This document shows positions 47,031 through 55,577 of a DNA stretch of 64,000 nucleotides, in pieces. Each line of letters opens with the position of its first letter. Position 1 is the first letter of the stretch. Under the pieces are notes generated by a model. The model did not search any database, was not told the DNA's origin, and worked only from the letters and a program-made list of their open reading frames with translations. The stretch spans positions 274,436 to 338,435 of the IMG/VR virus record IMGVR_UViG_3300032334_001259. One strand, written 5' to 3'. The position numbers and the translations under genes were made by a program.

Positions 47031-48051
47031 TTGTCAGATATTTGTATAATTCAGTGCTTGCAAGGTTCTTGGCTTTACTTTCTACTTGAATATCAAAGTT
47101 TTCCCAAAACTCTGCAACATATTGGTTGACAGCAGTATTCCACATGAAATCACTGTGAGCACGAAGTTTTTGTTTTTTATGTCCACTTTCAAGTAGTGTT
47201 GTCATGGTAGGACGAACGCTATTGTCATGATTAATAAGAATAGACTCACTGCTGACGCTATAATGCATAGTTGGGCGCACACCACGCCAACTGTCAATAA
47301 CACGCTTGATTTTGTCATCAGTAGGTTCAATATACTCTCCCGTTTTAACCCAATGATGGTGACAATCAAAAACAGTAGGAATGATATCTGCAAGAGATAA
47401 AGTGTCATCCAAACCATAACTATTCTCCTCGTTTTCTATTGTGACGAGGTTTCTGGCTTCTGTTGAAAGTTGGTTCCAAATGGCTCTAATACCGTCTGGA
47501 CCTTTACGACCCGATATATGGACATTAATTTTAAAACCATGGTCGTGAAAGCTATTCCCATAACCCATCCATCTAGCCAAATCAGTGTGATACTCAAATT
47601 CACGGATTGAGTTGGTAACAATAGTTTCGTTATCACTAGCCAAAACGCAAAACTGACCAGGATGAAAACTAACCCGTACATCAAGCATACGAGCGGTCTC
47701 GCCAATAATAGCGCATTTTTTGGCAATGGCTTCTTTAACATCTGGTAACTGATAAAAATAAGAGTAAGTTGACTCAGTATAAACTGGAAACATATCGCTA
47801 GATAGCCTAACCATGCGTTGTCGTGGTTCCAAAGTTCCAACACGTTTGACCAATTCAAGTGTAGCATTTGTATTGTGCTCCATAATATCCCACAACCGTT
47901 GTTCGGCAACGGCACGTTCTTGGCGGTTAAGCCAAGCTACTGTGGTTGTTTTATTGTTAAGTTTCAGTGCTTCATCCTTGGGTTTAAACCCATCCACTTG
48001 GCGTGGAAGATCAAGCCATTTGCAGCAAAAACCGATACGTTTGTGTGTCAT
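47023..48051 (-). CDS. uvsE: UV damage endonuclease
   Basis: RIGFCCK, RLSSDMFP, SFHPGQF, NVHISG, IENEE, FDCHHH, AHSD, VESKAK. Confidence 0.92.
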   Translation of the reverse strand: MTHKRIGFCCKWLDLPRQVDGFKPKDEALKLNNKTTTVAWLNRQERAVAEQRLWDIMEHNTNATLELVKRVGTLEPRQRMVRLSSDMFPVYTESTYSYFYQLPDVKEAIAKKCAIIGETARMLDVRVSFHPGQFCVLASDNETIVTNSIREFEYHTDLARWMGYGNSFHDHGFKINVHISGRKGPDGIRAIWNQLSTEARNLVTIENEENSYGLDDTLSLADIIPTVFDCHHHWVKTGEYIEPTDDKIKRVIDSWRGVRPTMHYSVSSESILINHDNSVRPTMTTLLESGHKKQKLRAHSDFMWNTAVNQYVAEFWENFDIQVESKAKNLASTELYKYLTNA

Positions 48052-48081
48052 ATTACCACTATAACATAGTTTTTTACAGTG

Positions 48082-48648
48082 TCAAGAGAAAATTTCAGGG
48101 TATAAACTAGCAATATGGAATTGTTGGTCAGAATTAATATAATTTCTTATATGAGGAATTATATTGTTTGCCATTATTTCGTGCCCACGAGGACTAAAGT
48201 GATTTAGTCTTTTATCATTGTTTTTGTAATCCCATGTAGGATCATCAGCTTTACTGCAAATCATTAATCCACCAGGTGCAAGAAACCACAGACCATAATC
48301 TTTATCTAAAAAACCATGTTCAAAACAAGGAATATTAATCATTTTAATATTTCTTATTTTACATTGTTCTTGCATATCTTTGATTAGTAATCGTTGAATA
48401 GTTTTAGCAAATTCAATATCAGCCAATCCTTCATTATACAATCTTGTAAATTCAGTATGGCATACTATTATAACATCTGGTTGTGGGACTAAAGTTTTAA
48501 TAAAATTATCATAAATTTTATACTGACTTTGTCCTCTAAATCCATAACAACTTATCATTTCAAGATTAAGTTCATTACATACTCGTTCTATCCAAGTGTT
48601 TTTGTAACTGTATGTAAAACTATCACCTGTAATTAATATACGCATCAA
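48082..48648 (-). CDS. SGNH/GDSL-like protein
   Basis: TGDSF, GQSQ, NHFSPRGH. Confidence 0.65.
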   Translation of the reverse strand: MMRILITGDSFTYSYKNTWIERVCNELNLEMISCYGFRGQSQYKIYDNFIKTLVPQPDVIIVCHTEFTRLYNEGLADIEFAKTIQRLLIKDMQEQCKIRNIKMINIPCFEHGFLDKDYGLWFLAPGGLMICSKADDPTWDYKNNDKRLNHFSPRGHEIMANNIIPHIRNYINSDQQFHIASLYPEIFS

Positions 48649-50108
48649 AATATCCGCACATTATTCAACTGACTAAATCTTTGGGCATCTTCCCATGTAT
48701 TCACCAATGGTTCACCCTTGATATTCAAGCTAGTGTTTAGCAACATTGGACAACGAGTTCTACTATACCATGCTTCCAATATTTTATACATAATACTTGG
48801 AGTAGGTTGGTCAATAGTTTGAACACGTGAAGTGCCATCAACATGACAGATTGCTGGAAAAGATTGTGGGTCTATACACGCATCTGCCCATTGCATATAA
48901 TCGTGATTAACTTGCATCTTACTATAAAAGTATTCACTAAACCAAGATTTCAATATGATTGGAGCGAATGGACGAAATGGCTCACGTTTCTTAATTTGGT
49001 TTACACGGTCTTTTACATCTGGTCCACGAGGATCAGCAATCAGCGAACGATTGCCTAGCGCACGTGGTCCAAACTCTGCACGACCATTGGCGATACCAAC
49101 AACTTGACCTGCTTCTAATGCATCAACTACATCACGCACATTTATTGTGCGATTAATATCGTGACCAAGAAACGCATGTTCTAAATGCACATGTTTTTTA
49201 GTATGATAGGTAACTGCGCCTAAACTTAAACCAGCATCACCAGGATTTGGTGGCACCCATATTTTACTAAATCCAGTAAATGTTTTTAATCGGCTATTTG
49301 CTACACAGTTGAGAGCGCAACCACCAACCAATACAAGATTATCACTGCCAATTACTTCACGAGTATAACGACAAATTGCCATTAGGTATTGTTCATATAA
49401 TGCTTGTGCAGAAGCGGCAATATCTTCTGGTTTCCAATTTTCATCTTTAGGTTTAGTCCACCAACGCATACCACGATGTAGGTTATGCTTAAACTCTATA
49501 TCAGGTGGTGACCACTGCCCAAAAAACTCGTTAAGCATTTCTTTAAGATGTCTTGGTTCACCACATGCTGCCATACCCATGACAATATATTCTTCTTCAT
49601 TAGGTTTAAACCCAAGATAATCTGTTACCGCACTATAAAAAAGTCCGATACTTTGCGGATAAACATTGTGCCAAACTCTGCTAATTTTATCACCATGTCC
49701 ACGACATATACTAGTGCACTCTAACTCACCAATCGCATCAATAACCACAACTGCTGCATCACTAAACCCACTACTATAATAACCCATAGCAGCATGTGCA
49801 CCATGATGTGGCGTTGTCACAACTGAAATATTGCCTAACCCATTGTTTTTTAAGTATTTTTTTAAGTTATAGTGTAGTGGACGCTGACCACTTATAAGGT
49901 TACGTATTGTGCGCTTCCATGGTTGTTCATACCATACTATTTTATCTGGTATACCATATTGTAACGCATCGTCAATCAATGATTCATTTAGATGTGGATC
50001 ATTCTTTACTCTGCTATACCGTTCAGCGTGACCAGCAAACAGAATGTTAGAGCCATCAACAAGAGCGATACTTGCATCGTGATTATTAGCATTGATTCCA
50101 AGAAACAT
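48645..50108 (-). CDS. carbamoyltransferase (NodU/CmcH family)
   Basis: HDAS, ERYSRVK, HHGAHA, DAIGE, EYIVMGMA, GGCALN, EFGPRALGNRS, NTSLN. Confidence 0.93.
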   Translation of the reverse strand: MFLGINANNHDASIALVDGSNILFAGHAERYSRVKNDPHLNESLIDDALQYGIPDKIVWYEQPWKRTIRNLISGQRPLHYNLKKYLKNNGLGNISVVTTPHHGAHAAMGYYSSGFSDAAVVVIDAIGELECTSICRGHGDKISRVWHNVYPQSIGLFYSAVTDYLGFKPNEEEYIVMGMAACGEPRHLKEMLNEFFGQWSPPDIEFKHNLHRGMRWWTKPKDENWKPEDIAASAQALYEQYLMAICRYTREVIGSDNLVLVGGCALNCVANSRLKTFTGFSKIWVPPNPGDAGLSLGAVTYHTKKHVHLEHAFLGHDINRTINVRDVVDALEAGQVVGIANGRAEFGPRALGNRSLIADPRGPDVKDRVNQIKKREPFRPFAPIILKSWFSEYFYSKMQVNHDYMQWADACIDPQSFPAICHVDGTSRVQTIDQPTPSIMYKILEAWYSRTRCPMLLNTSLNIKGEPLVNTWEDAQRFSQLNNVRIF

Positions 50109-50116
50109 GTTTACCC

Positions 50117-50224
50117 TTAATAAATGAAAGGGTCACGTTTTTTAAGTTCTTTTAATAGTTGACGGCGTTTATGTTTGTAAACTAAATCATCAAAGAAGTT
50201 ATAAATCCAACGAAAAATACGCAT
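50117..50224 (-). CDS. 35-aa peptide ending KKRDPFIY (absent from ORF track)
   Basis: MRIFRWIYNFFDDLVYKHKRRQLLKELKKRDPFIY; TAATG-coupled. Confidence 0.7.
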   Translation of the reverse strand: MRIFRWIYNFFDDLVYKHKRRQLLKELKKRDPFIY

Positions 50225-51411
50225 TATAGAATCTTCCCCCAAATATTTTGACCACGGCAACTGTATATAGCACTACCATCACGCAATATGGCGATTTCAT
50301 TTGGCTCACCGATGCGTTCTGGTATACGATCTACTATGTCTAACAATAAACCATTCCAACGTATTTTTCCATTTAATTCTATAATATTATCAGTTTTAAG
50401 TACAATTTGATTTTGATTGTTACTGCCTAACGTAATATCATTACTACGAGTGCTACCAACAAACATATTTTTTTGTGCATATTTTACTATGCTTAATTCA
50501 CTGTCTTGATCCCAAATACTTAAAACACCAGCAGTTTCTTCTGTATTAATTCCAACTCTACCCATGTTAACTGTAAGAGTCTCACCTATAAGTGCTTGAC
50601 CACTTACAACTAATTCTTGTAGATTTCCTACCTTACGTAAGTTACTGTTAATAATATGTGGACCAAGTGAATTGTTACCTAATACGTGCTTGTCGCCATC
50701 AACAATATTACGGTTAGCAATATTGATATCTTGACTATTAACGTTTTCTATATTCTGTGTACTCGTAGTATGACTTACTTGTTGGATATAACGTTGTAAA
50801 CCTGGACTTTCTAAAATATTACCATTAACAGTTATATCACCATCTATTGTTACATTTTTTAAAAATGTATTATCTTCAATTAACAAGTTTTCAGCAGTGA
50901 TACTATTTGTAGTAATAATACCATCATCAGTAATTTCTAATTGTAACTTGCTTGCGCTATCTTTGATACCGCTGCTTGTAAAGTTTCTATAGATACCATT
51001 ATTAATCCAACCAGCATTAAATTCATTGCCATCCATACGAATACTTTCAAATGAAATACTTTGTGGCGGAAAATTGTAATTGCTTGCGGCACGATTAACT
51101 TCATTTTGAACACTGCTTACAATGACACGATTTAAATCACTGCCTTGAATATATTCATTAATTTGTTTACTACCAATTTCTATAAGTTGTTCAAGGACAA
51201 TACCTTTTACAAGTTGTGTGACTTCATCTGCAAAATCACGTTTAGTCGTGATTTCATTATAAACTCTACCAGTAAGATTAATAACAACATTGTTAATCTG
51301 TTTTTGCAGCGTATCAGCAATTACTGCTGACAAATCAGTGTTTTGTAGATATGTTTCTACGTTATTACGCACACTCTGTGCGATTGCTTCTTGAATATTA
51401 ATATCAACCAA
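50224..51411 (-). CDS. hypothetical protein, possibly virion fibre-related
   Basis: Helical N-half; SNLRKVGNL..L.V.G and RVGINT repeats. Confidence 0.55.
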   Translation of the reverse strand: MVDINIQEAIAQSVRNNVETYLQNTDLSAVIADTLQKQINNVVINLTGRVYNEITTKRDFADEVTQLVKGIVLEQLIEIGSKQINEYIQGSDLNRVIVSSVQNEVNRAASNYNFPPQSISFESIRMDGNEFNAGWINNGIYRNFTSSGIKDSASKLQLEITDDGIITTNSITAENLLIEDNTFLKNVTIDGDITVNGNILESPGLQRYIQQVSHTTSTQNIENVNSQDINIANRNIVDGDKHVLGNNSLGPHIINSNLRKVGNLQELVVSGQALIGETLTVNMGRVGINTEETAGVLSIWDQDSELSIVKYAQKNMFVGSTRSNDITLGSNNQNQIVLKTDNIIELNGKIRWNGLLLDIVDRIPERIGEPNEIAILRDGSAIYSCRGQNIWGKIL

Positions 51412-51420
51412 TTGGCGTCC

Positions 51421-52119
51421 TCAAAATTGCACGGTTATAATATGTTCATAATTTCTTTTAAAAAACCCACGATATAACATGTTCTTTTGTATAACATAAT
51501 CGCTTCCACCAAGGTCGCTGCTGTATTTTGCAAGTTGCTTGAAATACATTGTGCGGCGTTCTACTGGACCGATAACTGTTAAATCACGGTTATTTTCTAT
51601 AAAGTATATATGATTTTGCCAATTCTGTTTATTATTTTTATCTACTTGACTTTGTTCAAGTATGATTGTATCACCATAAACACCACTTTCAACATGGTTG
51701 CGTTTATGTGGTGCACTATTTTTGTAATCTTGTAGGCTTGTAACAAGATAACCACGAGTTACACTTTTAATTTCACTTAATAATTGTCGCTGGTCATTTT
51801 CACTTGTAGCAAATGTAAAATATTCATCAAGTGCGATAGTAACATCTACTATATTTTTAACTTGTGTAATGTTATCAATAAATGTGCTACTGCTTTGATA
51901 AGCATATTTTACACTTTGGTCACCAACAACAATGCAATTATAGTGTTGTTCTAAAAGCAATACAATAGGATTAAAATGGGTAAAGAGTAGGGTTTTTGGT
52001 TGAATTTGTAATCCACCAAATAGTTTTTGTAATATTTCAACTTTTGCTTGTGCTTGTTCTAACCAACGGGTTGGATCTGCTACTGGTTGCAATTTTAACC
52101 AATAATCACCTAAAATCAT
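51421..52119 (-). CDS. hypothetical protein
   Basis: 232-aa ORF behind late box and hairpin. Confidence 0.65.
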   Translation of the reverse strand: MILGDYWLKLQPVADPTRWLEQAQAKVEILQKLFGGLQIQPKTLLFTHFNPIVLLLEQHYNCIVVGDQSVKYAYQSSSTFIDNITQVKNIVDVTIALDEYFTFATSENDQRQLLSEIKSVTRGYLVTSLQDYKNSAPHKRNHVESGVYGDTIILEQSQVDKNNKQNWQNHIYFIENNRDLTVIGPVERRTMYFKQLAKYSSDLGGSDYVIQKNMLYRGFFKRNYEHIITVQF

Positions 52120-52169
52120 TAAAGCCCACCTTTACCTAACATAATATTTAGGAAAAAGTGGGCTATTTC

Positions 52170-52367
52170 TTACTTGATAAGCAAACCAAGTTCCTTTAAG
52201 TCTTCATAAAGGATATGATCGTTAGGAATGGTTTCGGTTTTACCATCCTTGACATTCTTGACAATCTTCTCAATATCGGTTGCAGTCATTTCTGTGCAAC
52301 GCTTGATAGCTGCACGAACCTTACCCCACTCTACAGTTCCACGATAACCCATGATCAACATTGTCAT
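52170..52367 (-). CDS. small hypothetical protein
   Basis: Purine-rich SD, sigma70-like promoter. Confidence 0.65.
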   Translation of the reverse strand: MTMLIMGYRGTVEWGKVRAAIKRCTEMTATDIEKIVKNVKDGKTETIPNDHILYEDLKELGLLIK

Positions 52368-52428
52368 ATACTCTCTCTGTTATATTATTTTACCAATATA
52401 CTATATATGTTTTATTTTGTCAAGTAGT

Positions 52429-52624
52429 TTTTAACGGGTGGGACGCTACTCCCACGATGGTTTTAGGATGGCCAAATTTTGGGGTTTCAATTGCCTGACG
52501 CAATCACCATTACCTTCACAGGTCTCTCACCTGTCCAGCCCACTGATATAGGTCTGCAGCCCGCACAAATGGATTCTAGTTATACTCGCTCCAACCTTTA
52601 CGCACAGCCGTGCCGCCGTTAAAA
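52429..52624 (-). ncRNA. tRNA-like structured ncRNA B (196 nt)
   Basis: Terminal stem TTTTAACGG/CCGTTAAAA, arm GCAC-GGCT-GTGC, ACAGG-TGAGAGA-CCTGT, GTGGG-AGTAGCGT-CCCAC; GC-rich, no ORF. Confidence 0.7.
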
Positions 52625-52628
52625 TCTT

Positions 52629-53411
52629 TTACGTCCATAATGATTTACGAAGTTTAACAATGCGTGTCAGCATTTCTGTTTCTTCTTCATCATACTGTTT
52701 TTCAATTTCTATTAAACGCTTATGTGCAATTTTACCACGCTCACGTTCTTCATCTGTTTTTTCTTTGGAAAAAAATCCATCACCATTTGCATGTAACAAG
52801 TCGCAATGTTCACTCCAACCACTAACATCCATAGCATCTGGACGGCTAGGGAAATTCTTGCACCAATTATATAATTCTTCAATTTCTATTGCACTAATTG
52901 CTTGATGTGTTAGTTGTCCATGCTTTTCATCGGTTTTATCAACACCCCAACTTTCATCATAAGTTAAACCTTTTTCCCATGCAATATAATCTAAACCTGC
53001 TTCTGGACAACGCCCATTAACAAACTTCCATTTCTTTTTCCAAGTATTTTTCCAAGCAAGTTCAATTTCAACATGATCAATAATAAGTTGACGCATGCCA
53101 CTTACAAGACGACTATCACTGTCCCACCACTGACCAGGTTTTAAATCCGTTGGCATGATATGTGTGCGATCAATAAAACGATTACGAACATAACGTTTTG
53201 GTTTATTCCAAATTTCAGTTATGCTATAAACAACATCATCTAAAAAATTAGGAACTGTTTCAGTTAAAAAGAATCCAAGTGGTTTTGATTTTTTCAATTC
53301 ATCATCCCACTTTTTCCAACCACCCCATTCAAGAGCAGTTGGTTTTTCAATACCAAACTTTTTACGAAGCCAACGATTTGCTGCACAGTCCATAAAATAA
53401 TAGTTTTTCAT
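52629..53411 (-). CDS. hypothetical phage protein
   Basis: 260 aa, Trp-rich; GAGG SD. Confidence 0.75.
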   Translation of the reverse strand: MKNYYFMDCAANRWLRKKFGIEKPTALEWGGWKKWDDELKKSKPLGFFLTETVPNFLDDVVYSITEIWNKPKRYVRNRFIDRTHIMPTDLKPGQWWDSDSRLVSGMRQLIIDHVEIELAWKNTWKKKWKFVNGRCPEAGLDYIAWEKGLTYDESWGVDKTDEKHGQLTHQAISAIEIEELYNWCKNFPSRPDAMDVSGWSEHCDLLHANGDGFFSKEKTDEERERGKIAHKRLIEIEKQYDEEETEMLTRIVKLRKSLWT

Positions 53412-53427
53412 ATCTGCCTCTAAAAAA

Positions 53428-53502
53428 TGGTGCCCAAAGAGAGGATTGAACTCCCGACCTACGCATTACAAGTGCGTTGCACTACCGCTGTGCTATTTGG
53501 GC
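53428..53502 (-). tRNA. tRNA-Thr(TGT)
   Basis: ACGCA-CTTGTAA-TGCGT, AGTTCAATCCT, ACCA. Confidence 0.93.
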
Positions 53503-53503
53503 T

Positions 53504-53863
53504 TTATTGTTTAGGAACAGTATGTCTAATACCGTCCCACTTATTTCCTACTATATCATTTTTCTGGCAGAAGTCAATAATATTTTCATAAAAACTATCA
53601 AGTTCACCATTAAATTGTCCCATCAATCCACTGGTGAGTTCCATAGCACGTTGCCAGTTACCACTTTTATATTCACGAATCATATCAATATGCATTTCTC
53701 TAAAGAATGGTAGTGTAGCCAATTCATTTACATTGCTTACTTCAACCAATGCGTGTAGTATAACTGGTTCTGGTAAACCAGGTTGCATAACTGTATCAAG
53801 TTCAAGTATGGTATATTTGTCTGCCATGCTTTTAGCAGTTGCCGCATCAAAAATAATATTCAT
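53504..53863 (-). CDS. stand-alone homologue of the adenylate cyclase C-terminal region
   Basis: Aligns by eye to the last ~110 aa of 29630..31675. Confidence 0.7.
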   Translation of the reverse strand: MNIIFDAATAKSMADKYTILELDTVMQPGLPEPVILHALVEVSNVNELATLPFFREMHIDMIREYKSGNWQRAMELTSGLMGQFNGELDSFYENIIDFCQKNDIVGNKWDGIRHTVPKQ

Positions 53864-53904
53864 AACACAATTATATATAATTATTATTGGAAAACAATAA
53901 AAAA

Positions 53905-54681
53905 ATGCACTTTGATTTAGTTAGTGATCTACATGAAAATTTCTGGCCACCTGAAAAAAACTTGAAATGGGAAGGTCTTGGAACAAGTTTAGTATGCGTT
54001 GTTGCTGGTGATATCAGCAATGATTGGGATTATTCATATAATAAACTTGTAGAAATCGGTGAACATTACCGTCATGTTATATTTGTTGATGGCAATCATG
54101 AACATGGTCATAAGCCTGATTTACACCACCATAATAATGAATTTCAATTACGTATTGCTGAACATAATCATATTACATATTTGCATAAAAGTGTAATTGT
54201 ATTAGATGATGTTGCATTTGTTGGCTGTAACGGTTGGTGGACATATGATTTTTGTATGCCAGAAGTCACTAACTTTGAATGTTGGGATCACCTTATCAGT
54301 GAAGGTTGGAGTGATGATAAGTTAGCAGAAATTATGGCAGTTGCTAAAGTTGAAGCTAAAATGCTGTATACTCAAATAGAAACTTTTAATAATGACCCAA
54401 GAATAAATCATATTGTAGTTGTAACGCATACCTCACCAAAACGTAAATTTAGATACATTACTCCTGAAATGCATGTTGCACACTATGGTCGTGCTGGTAG
54501 TAGTATGATGCAAACAGTTCTATTAGCCAACATCAATAAGAAAATTAAAGCATGGTGTTTTGGTCATTGTCATCACGAAATAGATGAAACAATAGATGGT
54601 ATAAGATATATTTGCCATCCACGTGGTCGTAGTGATGAAGGTATTGGAAATATCTATTTTCCAAAATTAGTTCAATTTTAA
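53905..54681 (+). CDS. calcineurin-like metallophosphoesterase
   Basis: SDLH, AGDI, GNHEH, TH, FGHCH. Confidence 0.88.
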   Translation: MHFDLVSDLHENFWPPEKNLKWEGLGTSLVCVVAGDISNDWDYSYNKLVEIGEHYRHVIFVDGNHEHGHKPDLHHHNNEFQLRIAEHNHITYLHKSVIVLDDVAFVGCNGWWTYDFCMPEVTNFECWDHLISEGWSDDKLAEIMAVAKVEAKMLYTQIETFNNDPRINHIVVVTHTSPKRKFRYITPEMHVAHYGRAGSSMMQTVLLANINKKIKAWCFGHCHHEIDETIDGIRYICHPRGRSDEGIGNIYFPKLVQF

Positions 54682-55004
54682 GATTCTGGTTCTATCTTAA
54701 CAGCAAGAGGAAAGTTGTTTGTTCTTGCAAGTAGTGTTGTTTCTACTGCTTTACTTTCAGCAATCTCAAATGGTAATACAGCAACCATTGCACTACCTTC
54801 TTCATGAATCTTAACTGTTAATTCTTGTGCGCTATCAAAGTTATGATCAAAGATTTCTTGTAATACTGCGATAACAAAATCAACAGTAGTTACATTATCA
54901 TTCATAAAAATAACCTTAAACTTTGGTGGTGGAGTAAGGTCTTTTTTAGGTGTAATTTTAATTTTTGTGCGTGTTTGAACGTCTGCTGTCATTTTGCCCA
55001 TCAT
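54678..55004 (-). CDS. clpS: ClpS N-degron adaptor
   Basis: PPKFKVIFMNDNVTTVDFVI..L..IF, IHEEG, EIAESK, FPL. Confidence 0.92.
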   Translation of the reverse strand: MMGKMTADVQTRTKIKITPKKDLTPPPKFKVIFMNDNVTTVDFVIAVLQEIFDHNFDSAQELTVKIHEEGSAMVAVLPFEIAESKAVETTLLARTNNFPLAVKIEPES

Positions 55005-55014
55005 TTATATTTAC

Positions 55015-55038
55015 CACAGTGGGCTTTCGCCCACTGTG
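55015..55038. terminator. GNRA-capped hairpin after hsp20
   Basis: CACAGTGGGC-GAAA-GCCCACTGTG on minus strand. Confidence 0.55.
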
Positions 55039-55058
55039 ATTTTATATTACCATAACTA

Positions 55059-55493
55059 TTAAGATTTTGCAATAGCTATTTTCTTTGGCTTTTGTGACTC
55101 TGGAATATGAAATTCCAATTTAATCACAAGCAATCCATTCTGCATCTTGGCAGTTTTGACTTCCATATTGTCAGCCAAGTTAAATGTACGGACAAACTTG
55201 CGACTTGCAATACCACGGAAAATATAATCCGTAGGATTTTCATTCTTGATTTCACCAGTAATTACAAGTTGATTGTCCTTTAACGTGATGTCAATATCAT
55301 CATCGCTAAATCCACTTGCCGCAATTTCAATTTCGTAGTCAGTATCACTATTGCGGATAATGTTATATGGTGGATAACTTTGCTGAACTTGCACTGAATT
55401 TACACGAAGCATATCATCAAATAGGCGTTCAAAACCAATTGCAGTGCGATTAAAATGGTCAAAACCATCAAATACTTTAAGTAGATTACTCAT
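55059..55493 (-). CDS. ibpA: small heat-shock protein Hsp20 (IbpA-like)
   Basis: IGFERLFD, YPPYNI, AASGF, RGIASRKF.R.F.L, NGLL.I. Confidence 0.93.
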   Translation of the reverse strand: MSNLLKVFDGFDHFNRTAIGFERLFDDMLRVNSVQVQQSYPPYNIIRNSDTDYEIEIAASGFSDDDIDITLKDNQLVITGEIKNENPTDYIFRGIASRKFVRTFNLADNMEVKTAKMQNGLLVIKLEFHIPESQKPKKIAIAKS

Positions 55494-55552
55494 TTTGTTT
55501 CTCCTTCTAAAAGCGAGTAAGTTAGACGACCCAACTTTGGCATCGTCTAACC
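55494..55552 (-). promoter_or_regulatory. ROSE-like RNA thermometer in hsp20 5' UTR
   Basis: 5' hairpin, then CUCGCUU-UUAG-AAGGAG: U(U/C)GCU pairs SD with bulged G. Confidence 0.7.
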
Positions 55553-55577
55553 TTATATAGCATTTATTTTAAATTTG

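Noticed and set aside
52170-52367. Ribosomal L7/L12 C-terminal domain
   Set aside because: Only a vague helix pattern; the conserved GLKEAK motif is absent
33724-52624. ncRNA A or B as tmRNA, RNase P RNA, 6S RNA or intron-containing tRNA
   Set aside because: No G3-U70/CCA end or tag ORF, no RNase P GAGGAAAGUCC, not a single long hairpin, and no anticodon stem halves or group I core recognised
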